Origin: Acidobacteriota bacterium
Lineage (GTDB): Bacteria > Acidobacteriota > UBA890 > WLXD01
Assembly (NCBI GenBank): GCA_965248695.1
Contig: CBDFKD010000002.1
Span: forward strand, 4,992,001 to 5,056,000
Direction of reading: 5' to 3'
Length of the DNA: 64,000 nucleotides
The notes under the pieces are model-generated. The model was not told where the DNA came from. It made no database searches and saw only the letters and a list, made by a program, of their open reading frames with translations. The translations under genes were made by a program, and so were the position numbers. The first letter of the stretch is position 1. Each line of letters begins with the position of its first letter. Of the stretch, positions 10,745 through 20,893 are shown in pieces.

Positions 10745-10929
10745 TCGGCGGCCGTGCTGAGGCCAACGGCGCCGTGCTATTCTGACCCTCGAGGGGTTGC
10801 GAGGGCGCGTAACCTGAAGGGCACGTGGGTTTGTAGACGCGGGCTGGGGATGGTTCGGACGCCACAGCCCGTCCGGGTCCTTGTCACGGTCCCGTGGCCC
10901 GGCGGTCACCTCCGAGCGCGCATTATCGA

Positions 10930-11946
10930 ATGAGCGATATCACCCGGCGCCAAGCTCGTCAGCAGGGGTTCACGCTCCGCCGCGCGGTTGCTTTCGCCGT
11001 TGTCGTGCACTTGTTGCTCGGCGGTCTGGTTACCTGGTGGCCGTGGCTCCTGTTCCCGACGCCGGCCTCTGCGGAGACTCAGCCGCCGCCACTGCAGTTC
11101 ACGTTCGTCGACACGCCTGAGACCGAGCCGCCGCCGGAGCCGCCGGACACGGCGACGATGTCGGATATCGACCGCGCCGCGGCGGATAACTCGCCGCGCG
11201 ACGACCAGCCACTACCGTTCGCCGAGGGCAACACGCCCGCCCAGGTCATCCGGCCCGCCGCGGTGCCCATCGAGACACCGGCGGCGGAGGCGCAGCCGCC
11301 GGCTCCGGAGACGCCGCCGGCGCGGCCGGCCGAGCGCCCGGCCGCCACCGAGCCGGTCGCTGACACGCCAGAGGTGGTACCGGAGGAATCCGACGTCGAC
11401 GCTGCCGAGCCCGAGGATCGGCCGGTCGAGGAGGCCACCGAAGCCGTCGAGGAGGTCGCCGAGACGGTGACCATCCCGCCGCGCCAGCCGAGCTTGCGAA
11501 GCCAGCTGACGCGAATGGAGTCGTTCGTCGACCCGCAGATTTTCGCCAACGCCGACGGCGGTGTCGACGAATCGGAAGGGCTGGCTCAATTCGACACGCG
11601 TGGCTACGATCTCGGAGCCTACCTGAATCAAGTTCTCCGGCGTATCGAGGGACACTGGCGGGGCAACATGCCGCCGCTGATCCGAACCGGGATCGGCGGC
11701 GCCACCTTCGTGGCGCTAACGATTCACCGGCAGACTGGCGCCAACGGCGACGAGGTGGCGATGATCGTCATCGAGCGTACGTGGCCCTCGGGGCAGCCGG
11801 CCTACGACGCTGGAGCCCGGTTCGCGCTGGAGCTGTCGGATCCGCTGCCGCCGATTCCGGACTACTATCCGTACGAAGACATCAAGGGTCGCCTCGGGTT
11901 CATCTACAACATGGGAGCGGCCGACGTGGCCTTTCCCGAACAGTAA
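10930..11946 (+). CDS. TonB/TolA-like energy transducer
   Basis: N-terminal TM helix with His (AVVVHLLL), long Pro/Glu-rich linker, TonB_C-like C-terminus; followed by exbB/exbD. Confidence 0.75.
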   Translation: MSDITRRQARQQGFTLRRAVAFAVVVHLLLGGLVTWWPWLLFPTPASAETQPPPLQFTFVDTPETEPPPEPPDTATMSDIDRAAADNSPRDDQPLPFAEGNTPAQVIRPAAVPIETPAAEAQPPAPETPPARPAERPAATEPVADTPEVVPEESDVDAAEPEDRPVEEATEAVEEVAETVTIPPRQPSLRSQLTRMESFVDPQIFANADGGVDESEGLAQFDTRGYDLGAYLNQVLRRIEGHWRGNMPPLIRTGIGGATFVALTIHRQTGANGDEVAMIVIERTWPSGQPAYDAGARFALELSDPLPPIPDYYPYEDIKGRLGFIYNMGAADVAFPEQ

Positions 11947-11977
11947 CGTCTGCCACCAGACCGGAGTCGATTCACGC

Positions 11978-12622
11978 ATGATCGAGGTGTTGCGAAGCGG
12001 GGGACCGGTGATGATCCCGCTGGGGATTTGCTCGGTGCTCGCGGTCGCCATCATGGCCGAGCGGTTCTGGAATCTCCGGGACTCGAAGGTGCTGCCGCCG
12101 GCCGAGGTGGCGCACATTCACGCCCTCATCGATCGCGGCGAGTTCGTTCGTGCCGAGGAGTACGCCGCCAGTCGCCCGGGCCCGTTGAACAACATCCTCT
12201 TGCCGGCCCTGCAATCACGCGCCGAGTCGAGGGAGTTCATCCGCGAGTTGGTGCGTGACGCCGGACGCCAGGAGGTTCCGGAGCTCGAGCGCTATCTGGG
12301 GATTCTGGGAACGGTTGCCAGCATCACGCCGTTGCTCGGATTGCTGGGCACCGTGCTCGGCATGATCCAGGTGTTCTCGGTCATCTCGCTGCAGGGCGTG
12401 GGGCAGGCAAACGCCCTCTCAGGCGGGATCTCCGAAGCGATGATCACGACAGCCACCGGGTTGGCGATCGCTATCCCGACGCTTGCCGGCTACAACTACT
12501 ACGTTGGCAAGGCCGAGGGCATGGTGCTCGAGATGGAACGTCTGGTGCTGGCGATGATCAAGCTGATTGTCGAGCGTCGGGCGCTGGCGCCGAGTGCCGC
12601 TGGGCCGAGTGATCCGTCGTGA
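11978..12622 (+). CDS. MotA/TolQ/ExbB proton channel protein
   Basis: PLLGLLGTVLGMI, GISEAMITTATGLAIAIP. Confidence 0.92.
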   Translation: MIEVLRSGGPVMIPLGICSVLAVAIMAERFWNLRDSKVLPPAEVAHIHALIDRGEFVRAEEYAASRPGPLNNILLPALQSRAESREFIRELVRDAGRQEVPELERYLGILGTVASITPLLGLLGTVLGMIQVFSVISLQGVGQANALSGGISEAMITTATGLAIAIPTLAGYNYYVGKAEGMVLEMERLVLAMIKLIVERRALAPSAAGPSDPS

Positions 12623-12672
12623 TCTGTTGCGCCTCCGCGCCTGCTCCGACCCGCCACGTGAGGCGATAGCGG

Positions 12673-13077
12673 ATGTTGACCGAGACGCGGAACCGGCAGC
12701 GGCGCGCCAGCGTCGACATGTCGCCGTTGATCGATGTCGTGTTCCTGCTGCTGATCTTCTTCGCCGTGACCACGACATTTCTGGAACAGTCGGGCATGGA
12801 CCTGGAGCTGCCTGAGTCCAGCACCGCGGCGCCCACCGAGCAGTCCGCGATCGTCGTCGAGATATCCGTTGACGGCGAGATTCGTCTAGACGGTGAGGTG
12901 CTGACCGCTGAGGCCCTCGAGCAGAGAGTAGCGGCGCTCAACGCCGAGGATCGCGCCAAGATCACCGTCCGCGCCGACCGCACCATCGAGCTCGGAACGG
13001 CAGTGCGGGTGATCGACGCGCTGCGCAAAGGCGGCGCGGAGGGAATCTCGTTGCCCATGGTGCCTCTGGATCAGTGA
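12673..13077 (+). CDS. ExbD/TolR biopolymer transport protein
   Basis: MSPLIDVVFLLLIFF, LELP, VRAD. Confidence 0.92.
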   Translation: MLTETRNRQRRASVDMSPLIDVVFLLLIFFAVTTTFLEQSGMDLELPESSTAAPTEQSAIVVEISVDGEIRLDGEVLTAEALEQRVAALNAEDRAKITVRADRTIELGTAVRVIDALRKGGAEGISLPMVPLDQ

Positions 13078-14114
13078 GCCGCGCAGACGAGCGCGGCGAG
13101 CGCGTGGCGCCGTTGCTCGTGGTGGTCGGTCCAACAGCCGCCGGGAAATCGACGACCGCCGAGTGGCTCGCCGAGAAACTGGCGGGCGAGCTCGTTTCTG
13201 CCGACGCGTTGCAGGTATACCGAGGGCTCGACATCGGCACCGCCAAGCCGACGGCAGCGGCCCGGGCACGATGCGCCTACCACTGCCTCGACTATCTGGA
13301 CCCGGCACAACGGTGCTCGGCGGGAGCCTACGCGGCAACGGCGTGGCAAGCCATCGATCAGATCCGGGCCCGCGGCCGACTGCCGATCCTGGTCGGCGGT
13401 AGCGGCTTCTACGTGCAGGCCGTCGTCGAGGGGCTCGACGAGGCCCCGGCCAGCGACCCCACCTGGCGCCGGGTCCTCGGCCGGCTGCGCGATCGCCGAG
13501 GCATCGAGCGCCTGCACCGGGACCTGGCGCGCCTCGACCCGGCCTCGGCGGCCCGCATCGGGAGCCGCGACGCGCAGCGGGTTCTTCGTGCCCTCGAAGT
13601 GGTCCTCCGCACCGGCAAGCGGATGACCGACACGGCAGAGAAGGGTAGTGGCCAGCGGTTGGGCACAGCCGAGGCGGTGTGGCTCGGAGTGACGTGGCCG
13701 CGCGAGGTGCTTTACGAGCGCATCGCTCGTAGGGTTGACGAGATGCTCGCCAGCGGATGGATCCAGGAGGTCGAGGGGCTGCTGGCGGCCGGAGTGCCAC
13801 CTGATGCACACGGGCTGCAGGCGATTGGCTATCGACAGCTGGCGAGCGTTTGCAGCGGGCGGCTCGACCTCGATGGGGCACGCGACGAGATCGTGCGCGC
13901 CACCCGACGCTACGCCAAGCGGCAGCTGGCATGGTTCCGGCGCTGGCCGCAGATCCGGTGGCTGGAGCATCGAAGCGGTGAGGACCCGGGCGGCGAGGTC
14001 GAACGTGAGCGTGTCGAGTGCCTGGCACGGGAGCTTCTGGCCGACGCCGCCAACGGTGCTCATAGAAGCGATGTTGCCGCGTCGCAACCCGGGAGTCACA
14101 ATGGACAACGATGA
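13074..14114 (+). CDS. miaA: tRNA dimethylallyltransferase
   Basis: GPTAAGKS, SADALQVYRGLDIGTAKP, VGGSGFY, AIGY, TRRYAKRQ. Confidence 0.96.
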   Translation: MSRADERGERVAPLLVVVGPTAAGKSTTAEWLAEKLAGELVSADALQVYRGLDIGTAKPTAAARARCAYHCLDYLDPAQRCSAGAYAATAWQAIDQIRARGRLPILVGGSGFYVQAVVEGLDEAPASDPTWRRVLGRLRDRRGIERLHRDLARLDPASAARIGSRDAQRVLRALEVVLRTGKRMTDTAEKGSGQRLGTAEAVWLGVTWPREVLYERIARRVDEMLASGWIQEVEGLLAAGVPPDAHGLQAIGYRQLASVCSGRLDLDGARDEIVRATRRYAKRQLAWFRRWPQIRWLEHRSGEDPGGEVERERVECLARELLADAANGAHRSDVAASQPGSHNGQR

Positions 14115-15439
14115 ACGGACATAGCCTTCATGTAGCGGCCGCACTGTGTGCGGCGGTCATGTTGAGCGGCTGCGCCTCGACCACAGCGGCGCCCGCGACG
14201 CGGCCGGTGGCAGTCAGCCCGCTCGACCCTGCGCGCGTACCACCGGCGCCAGCGACCGCCTCCGCAGCTCTGGCTGCGGCGTGGGACGAGGTTCGCGACG
14301 TGGCATCAGCTGATGCCTCTGGCCCCATCACGCTGCAGGAGGAGGCGACTCCGATCGGCAGGACCGTGGCCGGGTTCGCGGCTCTGCGGCGCGGAGATCT
14401 GCCGGCAGCGCGCGATGCGTTCGGGCTGGCGCTCGGGGAGCAACCGATGCCCGAGGCGGCCTACGGAATGGGTCTGGTGGCAGTGCTGCAGCGGCGTCCC
14501 GATGTCGCGCGTGGCTGGTTCGAGACCGCGCTCCAGGCGGACCCTGATCTGACCCGGGCGGTGCTCGAGCTTCGCCAGCTCAGCCTCGACGACGTCGGGC
14601 CATTGCTCATGCGCGCCGAACTGGCGGCCAACGCCGGCGATGCCGCAGCCGCAGAAGCGGCGTATCAGGAGGCCATTGCTGCGGCTCCCGAGATTCAAGG
14701 CCCGTACCTGCGGATCTCCACTCTGCGCCAGCAACAGGGCGATGCGGCGGGCGCAATCAGGATCCTCGACGCCGGTCGTCGGCGCACCGGCGACGGCGCG
14801 CTGATCCTGAAGAGGCTCGGGATGCTGTATCGCAGCACGCAGCGCTACGCCGAGTCGAACGACGTGTTCCAGCGGCTTGCAGACGCGCGTCCGGACGATG
14901 CGCGCGTCGCCGAGTTGGCCCGCGAAGCCCGCGATCTGTACGAGCGCGATTCGCTGCCGGCCGAGTATCGCGAGCTGGCTGACAAGGCGGTGATCACGCG
15001 CGAGGATCTGGCGGCTCTGTTCGCCATCAATCTGGAGGTGCTGGAGGAGCGGATCGGCGATCGACGGGGTGTGATCGTTGGCGACCTCGGCGACCGCTGG
15101 TCGACCCCCTTCGTGCATCGCACGGTGTCGTGGGGCGTTCTCGACGTATACCAGAACAACGATTTTTTCCCGCAGATGCAGGTACGCCGGAGCATGCTGG
15201 TGGAGGCCTGCTACCGAGTGCTGGAGCTAGTCGGTGCTGCTGCCGATGCGCCGAGCGCGCGGCTCGATGATCCGCCGCCCGGGCATCTCCTGTACCGTCC
15301 GGTGCAGGCGGTGGTCGGGCTCGGTATTCTGTCGGCTGACGGAGATGGGTCGTTTGACCTACTGGCGCTGGTCTCGGGCACAGAAGCGCTGGCGGCGGTC
15401 GAACGGTTGACCGCGCTAGTACGCCGGAGCGGCGACTGA
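14111..15439 (+). CDS. TPR-repeat lipoprotein with C-terminal SLH-like region
   Basis: Lipobox LSGC, TPR-like helices, ITREDLAAL and FFPQMQVRRS SLH-like segments. Confidence 0.65.
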   Translation: MNGHSLHVAAALCAAVMLSGCASTTAAPATRPVAVSPLDPARVPPAPATASAALAAAWDEVRDVASADASGPITLQEEATPIGRTVAGFAALRRGDLPAARDAFGLALGEQPMPEAAYGMGLVAVLQRRPDVARGWFETALQADPDLTRAVLELRQLSLDDVGPLLMRAELAANAGDAAAAEAAYQEAIAAAPEIQGPYLRISTLRQQQGDAAGAIRILDAGRRRTGDGALILKRLGMLYRSTQRYAESNDVFQRLADARPDDARVAELAREARDLYERDSLPAEYRELADKAVITREDLAALFAINLEVLEERIGDRRGVIVGDLGDRWSTPFVHRTVSWGVLDVYQNNDFFPQMQVRRSMLVEACYRVLELVGAAADAPSARLDDPPPGHLLYRPVQAVVGLGILSADGDGSFDLLALVSGTEALAAVERLTALVRRSGD

Positions 15440-15530
15440 GGCCGCATTCCGGCACCCAGCGGCTACGGGACGGCTGTTTGCGCCCGTTCGTGACGGCGAC
15501 TACGATCGGCCTGGCAGGAGGGACGAACGT

Positions 15531-15995
15531 GTGACTGGCTCCCCAGACGAAATCTCCGCGGACGGAACTGCCGACGACGAGGCGGAACAGATCGTCGTGG
15601 CCGAGGAAGAGCCTCGTACGGAACCGGTGTCGATGCCGCGGGCCCTGCTCGGTTGCGTACTGGCCTGGGCCTTGCCAGGGGTCGGACACGCGGTCCTCGG
15701 TCGCTGGGGACGCGGGCTCCTTTTCGGCACGGTGGTCATCACGCTGTTGCTGGGCGGTATCGCGCTGGAGGGCAAGGTGTACAAGCCGATCTCCGGCGAA
15801 CCGCTCACCTACCTGGCGGCACTCGGTGCCGCAGGCGTCGGAGTCCCGTTCGCGCTGGCGCACGCTTTCGGCTGGGCAGACGGCAATCTCGAGGGCGCCT
15901 TCTTCGAATACGGCAATACGTTCACTCTCGTAGCCGGTCTACTCAACTTGCTCGTCGTGCTCGACGCGTTCGATGTCGCGATCGGTCGGCGATAG
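15531..15995 (+). CDS. membrane protein (DUF6677-like)
   Basis: LAWALPGVGH...EYGNTFTLVAGLLNLLVVLDAFD pattern; start may be ATG ~15633. Confidence 0.65.
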   Translation: MTGSPDEISADGTADDEAEQIVVAEEEPRTEPVSMPRALLGCVLAWALPGVGHAVLGRWGRGLLFGTVVITLLLGGIALEGKVYKPISGEPLTYLAALGAAGVGVPFALAHAFGWADGNLEGAFFEYGNTFTLVAGLLNLLVVLDAFDVAIGRR

Positions 15996-16166
15996 TTGAT
16001 CCACTTCCTGTTCCTCGTCGCGTTTTGCCTCGCCGTCGGTGTGGTGCTCGGCGCCATGTTGCGGCACGATCCGCGCGATGCCGCGGTGCTGGCAGGCTGG
16101 ATCACCGCCGGGATGGTAGGTGTTGCCTACGTGATCTCGTGGCTGATGTTCTTCCTGCCTGTCTGA
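15996..16166 (+). CDS. small two-TM membrane protein (56 aa), below the ORF-track cutoff
   Basis: TTG directly after the previous stop; MIHFLFLVAFCLAVGVVLGAMLRHDPRDAAVLAGWITAGMVGVAYVISWLMFFLPV; fills the operon gap. Confidence 0.6.
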   Translation: MIHFLFLVAFCLAVGVVLGAMLRHDPRDAAVLAGWITAGMVGVAYVISWLMFFLPV

Positions 16167-16194
16167 CCGCCCGGCCATCTGTTACAGGCCACCA

Positions 16195-16584
16195 GTGATC
16201 GGCCCGGCGCGCTGGCTGCCCGCAATCGCAGTAGCAAGCGGGATCTTCTGGTTCTCGCATCAGCCCGCGAGCGATCTTCCAGGTACCGGTTTTGACAAGA
16301 TCCAGCACGCGATCGCGTATGGGGTGCTTGCGGCGACGCTCTGGTTCGGACAGGCGGGCCGTCTCCTGGCGCTACAGGGAGCCCTCAAACGAGGCGTGAC
16401 CACCGTTGTTGTTGCTGCGCTATACGGTCTCTCGGACGAGCTCCATCAGAGCTTCATTGCCGGCCGCGATCCCTCGCTGATGGACTGGGTTGCCGATGTG
16501 GTGGGAGCCCTCCTAGTAGTGGGTATGCTGGTCGGAGCGGCGTTTGCCGACCTCCGGGGGGTATGGGAGAATCGCCATCGGTGA
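16195..16584 (+). CDS. VanZ family protein
   Basis: DKIQHAIAYG, YGLSDELHQSFIAGR, DWVAD. Confidence 0.88.
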   Translation: MIGPARWLPAIAVASGIFWFSHQPASDLPGTGFDKIQHAIAYGVLAATLWFGQAGRLLALQGALKRGVTTVVVAALYGLSDELHQSFIAGRDPSLMDWVADVVGALLVVGMLVGAAFADLRGVWENRHR

Positions 16585-16725
16585 CGGGCCGCGGCCGTAC
16601 CTCGGCGCCCGCCATCAGCCGCACCGCCGTCCAACGCCGGATGGGGTTTGGCGGCCGCCCGCTAGCATCGGAATCAGACGGGTTCGCAGCGGGCGCATTC
16701 TCGGTTTGCAACGAAGGAGAGCTCG

Positions 16726-17907
16726 ATGAGCCGCGACCTATGGATCCTGGAGGGCGCGCGTACCCCCATGCGGCGTTTCCTTGGCGACTTCGGTCGCACC
16801 TCCGCCATCGACCTGTGCAGCGTGGCTACGCGGGCGGCGGTGGAGCGCTCCGGTGTGTCTCCGGAGGATATTGGCCACGTTGTGGTGGGCAACGCCATGC
16901 AGACATCGACCGACGCGCTCTACGGCGCGCGCCACGTGGCTCTGAAAGCGGGTCTTCCCGAGCAGACGCCCGCCCTGACGGTGAATCGCCTGTGCGGGTC
17001 CGGCATCCAGTCGATCATCTCGATCTCCCAGCTGCTACTTACCGAGGAGATCGAGTGTGGCGTCGCCGCCGGTATGGAAAACATGACCACGGCGCCGCAC
17101 GTCGTCTATGGCGCCCGAGGAGGCTTCCGGCTACGCAGCGCCGAGCTGAAGGACTCCTTGCTGGAGTCCCTCATGGATCCTCATTGCGGCTGCACGATGT
17201 CGATGACCTCGGACAACCTGGCGCGCAAATATGGCATTACTCGCGAGCAGCAGGACGAGTTCGCTCTGCAGAGTCAGGAGAAGGCGCATGCGGCACAGCA
17301 GGCGGGCCGCCTGGCCGAGGAGATCGTGGCGGTCGAGATCAAGAAGCGCGGCAAGGCGATATCGATCGACGTCGACGATCACCTGCGCCCCGAGACCACC
17401 CTCGAAGGCTTGGCGTCCCTGCCGACGGCGTTCGGGGAGGATTCGTCGGTGAGTGCGGGCAACGCCAGTGGCATGGTTGACGGTGCGGCGGCGATGGTGG
17501 TGGCGCAGGCTGGGTGGGCTCGCGACCACGGTCACGACGGTCTGGGGCGCATCGTCTCATGGGCCACGGTTGGCGTGGATCCGAGCATCATGGGGATCGG
17601 ACCGGTTCCAGCAACCCAGATGGCTCTGGAACGAGCCGGCTGGCAGCTCGCCGACGTCGACGTGGTCGAGGTCAACGAGGCGTTTGCGGGCCAGTACCTT
17701 GCCGTGGAGCAGGAGCTCGGCCTGGACCGCAGCAAGGTCAACGTGAACGGCGGCGCCATCGCCCTGGGCCATCCGCTCGGCGCCACCGGCACGCGCATCA
17801 CTTACAGCGCGTTGCGGGAGTTTCGTCGGCGCGGCGGCGGCAAGGCGGTTGCCACCGCCTGTATCGGTGGTGGGCAAGGCATCGCCATCTGCATCCAGGT
17901 CGACTAG
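16726..17907 (+). CDS. acetyl-CoA C-acyltransferase (thiolase)
   Basis: NRLCGSG, NEAFA, GGAIALGHPLGATG, CIGGGQG; AAGGAG RBS. Confidence 0.95.
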   Translation: MSRDLWILEGARTPMRRFLGDFGRTSAIDLCSVATRAAVERSGVSPEDIGHVVVGNAMQTSTDALYGARHVALKAGLPEQTPALTVNRLCGSGIQSIISISQLLLTEEIECGVAAGMENMTTAPHVVYGARGGFRLRSAELKDSLLESLMDPHCGCTMSMTSDNLARKYGITREQQDEFALQSQEKAHAAQQAGRLAEEIVAVEIKKRGKAISIDVDDHLRPETTLEGLASLPTAFGEDSSVSAGNASGMVDGAAAMVVAQAGWARDHGHDGLGRIVSWATVGVDPSIMGIGPVPATQMALERAGWQLADVDVVEVNEAFAGQYLAVEQELGLDRSKVNVNGGAIALGHPLGATGTRITYSALREFRRRGGGKAVATACIGGGQGIAICIQVD

Positions 17908-17931
17908 CGGGCCGTACGGGGGGTGTGAGAA

Positions 17932-18786
17932 ATGCCAATCGAGAAAGTCGGCGTGGTCGGATGCGGTCTCATGGGCAGCGGTATCGCGCAGGTATGCGCG
18001 CAAGCGGGCTACGAGACCGTCGTTCGCGAAGTCAACGACCAGCTCCTTGACCAGGGACTGGGGCGGATCCGAGCGTTCCTCGACAAGGGCGTGGAGCGCG
18101 GCAAGGCTACGCAGGAGGATGTTGATGGGGTCCTGGGGCGGCTCACCGGAACCACCGCTCTGGAGGATCTGGCGGACTGCGACCTGATAATCGAGGCGGT
18201 TACCGAGGACATCGAGGTCAAGCGCGAGACCTACACGGTGCTCGACGCGGCCTGCAAAGCTTCCGCCATCTTCGCCAGCAACACGTCTTCGTTGAGCATC
18301 ACCGAGATGGCGGTGATTACCGAGCGCCCGGATCGATTCATCGGCATGCACTTCTTCAATCCCGTGCCGCTGATGCAGCTTGTCGAGGTGGTGCACACGC
18401 TGCTGACCGACGCTTCGGTGGTCGAAGCGGGCCGCGCCTTTGGCGAGTCGATCGGCAAGACGCCGGTGGTAGCCAAGGATCGTACCGGCTTCATCGTGAA
18501 CCGCCTGCTGGTGCCCTACATGCTCGAGGCGATCCGTGTGCTCGATGAAGGGCTGGCGTCGGCCGAGGACATCGACAACGCCATGAAGCTCGGCTGTGGC
18601 TACCCGATGGGCCCGTTCACGTTGCTCGACTTCGTCGGCCTGGACACGACGTACTACATCGCCAACATCATGTACGACGAGTTTCGCGCCCCGCACTTCG
18701 CCCCACCACCGTTGCTCAAGCGGATGGTTCTGGCCGGGCAGTACGGTCGCAAGAGCGGGCGCGGCTTCTACGACTACGGCGGATAG
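17932..18786 (+). CDS. 3-hydroxybutyryl-CoA dehydrogenase
   Basis: GCGLMGSGIA, SNTSS, GMHFFNP, GFIVNRLL, PMGP. Confidence 0.95.
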   Translation: MPIEKVGVVGCGLMGSGIAQVCAQAGYETVVREVNDQLLDQGLGRIRAFLDKGVERGKATQEDVDGVLGRLTGTTALEDLADCDLIIEAVTEDIEVKRETYTVLDAACKASAIFASNTSSLSITEMAVITERPDRFIGMHFFNPVPLMQLVEVVHTLLTDASVVEAGRAFGESIGKTPVVAKDRTGFIVNRLLVPYMLEAIRVLDEGLASAEDIDNAMKLGCGYPMGPFTLLDFVGLDTTYYIANIMYDEFRAPHFAPPPLLKRMVLAGQYGRKSGRGFYDYGG

Positions 18787-18988
18787 TCTCGCGGGGGTTT
18801 GTAACCCCTTTTGAGCCAGTAGTTACGGGGACTAGCTCTCGCTCCGGGTGCTCAAAACGCACCCTATACGCACCCTGATGTTCACGCTGGGTGCGCGCCG
18901 CGATCCGCACCGCCACTTGGAAGCCGCTCTGCGGCTCCCACGAGTTCCCACAGCACTACGACTACGGCCTCAAATCCAAGCGTTCAAC

Positions 18989-19013
18989 TGTCCACCGAAA
19001 CGGGGTAACTCCA
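18989..19013 (+). mobile_element. orphan IS3-family right terminal inverted repeat
   Basis: TGTCCACCGAAACGGGGTAACTCCA; its reverse complement matches the IS3 left end at 57004-57028 at 21/25 positions. Confidence 0.7.
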
Positions 19014-19016
19014 CCG

Positions 19017-19343
19017 GTGCTCACCGGCTGCTACAACAAGAGGGTGATCCGGCTCGCCCCACAGGAGACCGAAGGATCTGGCCTCAACCGGGTGGTCGGG
19101 GTCACCACACTCGAGAACGAGCGCGTCTCCTTCGCACGATCTGGTGAGGTTCGCGGGGAGACGGTTTACGGCACGGTCGAGACACGGTCCGACGGTGAAA
19201 CCGAGCTCACGCCCTACGAGATTCCACTGTCCGAGGTGGGGCGCCTTTGGCTCGAAGAGCGGAAGCTCGCAGTGGCACGTCTGCTGACCGGCCTAGCTGT
19301 AGTGCTCGGGGCAGTACTCGCGGTCTTCAACGACCCGGAATAG
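19017..19343 (+). pseudogene. 5'-truncated putative lipoprotein
   Basis: Frame starts VLTGC (lipobox) right after the IS3 end with no hydrophobic leader; C-terminal TM segment. Confidence 0.45.
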
Positions 19344-19480
19344 TAGCGTCGCTGCCCCCCTCGGCATCGACCCTCACCTGCACGAAGAACAGCTCGTTAC
19401 GCTCACTGCTAACAGCGTTCGGTTGGCTACGGCTGACGCGATAGACGAGACCCTCGCCAGCGGAGGGAATCCCGGCAAGG

Positions 19481-20446
19481 CTAGCTCTTGCGGCTTTCTT
19501 GAGACCAGCTCTCGAGCAGCTCGACGCGGCGCCGAAGGTCGCGCGTCAGATCGCCGATCGATGTGATGTCGGTCAGGGTCATCGGCAGCGAGAATGCTAT
19601 CTCGTCAGTCCTCGGGTCCATCAGCTCGAGCACACCCGAGAGTGCGTGGCGTCCAGTTCCAGCCAGCACAGCATCTTGACGGGTGTAGTTCGAGTTTACG
19701 GCCTCGAGACGGTTCTCGCGCGTGTTCACATCGCCTGGACGGTTCTCGAATGAGGCCCCGGCGGCGCCGCCGTAGTCGGCGACACGTACCACCACGATGT
19801 AGTCGGCGATCTGCCGTGCGCGTACCAGGCCGAAGGCGGGCGAGGCGCGCAACGCCTGTGCAACCTGTTCCTGGACCACGGCCAGGTCATTCTGGACCCG
19901 CATCGGCGCCGACTCTATCGAGGCGTTCTGCTCGGTGACCGACGTGTCCATCGCACCGACGAAGACGCGCGGCGCGTTGATGCGCTCCTCGAGGTCGTTT
20001 GGCGGTTCGGCTACTTCCCTGAGCTGCAGGATCTCCTTGCTCATGTCGCGACCTGCCTGATGGGCGAGGATCGTTTGCTCCCAGCAGGTCTCGTAGTCGC
20101 CGATGCCGAAGGAGGCGATACCGGCCATGAAGTAGATGTCAGGCACTCCGGGTTGGCGAGCATCCGCCGCGAGAAAGGCATCCAGAGCGTCCTCTTCGTC
20201 ACCCATCTGGCCGTGTGCGATGCCCTTCAGGTAGTACGCCGTCCACAACGTGTTGTCGGCCTTCAGAACATCTGTGAGCACGTCGAGCGCGTACTCTGGC
20301 TCCCCCTGGTTGATGTACTCCTGGGCCCGTTTGAGTTCCTGCTGAAGCTCGCGCTCGTCGGCGTCCTGATATGCCCCAGCGGGCATGACTACGACCAGCG
20401 CCAACAGCAGGGAACAGAGCAGGGTGGGATCGCAGCGGCTACGCAT
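19481..20446 (-). CDS. secreted TPR-repeat protein
   Basis: Signal peptide LLCSLLLALVVVMPAGA; TPR motifs (AYYLKGIAH, IYFMAGIAS). Confidence 0.75.
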   Translation of the reverse strand: MRSRCDPTLLCSLLLALVVVMPAGAYQDADERELQQELKRAQEYINQGEPEYALDVLTDVLKADNTLWTAYYLKGIAHGQMGDEEDALDAFLAADARQPGVPDIYFMAGIASFGIGDYETCWEQTILAHQAGRDMSKEILQLREVAEPPNDLEERINAPRVFVGAMDTSVTEQNASIESAPMRVQNDLAVVQEQVAQALRASPAFGLVRARQIADYIVVVRVADYGGAAGASFENRPGDVNTRENRLEAVNSNYTRQDAVLAGTGRHALSGVLELMDPRTDEIAFSLPMTLTDITSIGDLTRDLRRRVELLESWSQESRKS

Positions 20447-20893
20447 CGTCCAACACTCTGCTCCAGGCCTTGGAAGAGGAGGCAAGTAGAGTCCGGCGAT
20501 CAAATTCGCCAGCGACGACTGACCACGCAGCCTCTCACGACGTTTCCTTGAACATCAACGGCGTGACCCGTTCAGGCATTGCCACGGCCACTGCCCGGGC
20601 GGGCCGAGTGAGAGATGCCCAGCTGGTCATACCGAGCGTGAACAGCGGTCCGTCGTGTATACAGCGTGGCTACGCTACTTGGACTAGCGTCCTTTTCGCG
20701 AAAGAATGTCGCTCGAGGGAACGAACCAGCTAGCGAAGGCAAGCAATGGAAGAGCGATCGGGACCGCCACTCGAGATCGACAGCGAACCGTCCCCTTGGG
20801 TATGGCTGCTCATCTCGGCACTGGCTATCGGCTTTCGGCTGGCCGTGGACTGGCTAACGAGGTGATATCAAGATGCGCTGCCGTCAGCCGTCG

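Noticed and set aside
10790-10915. 6S RNA, SRP RNA or cobalamin/TPP/glycine riboswitch
   Set aside because: Signature motifs of those families are not present; kept only as an unknown structured candidate.
18818-18833. AGTAGTTACGGGGACT as the distal tRNA-Glu att core
   Set aside because: Needs a multi-base gap and several mismatches; too weak to call.
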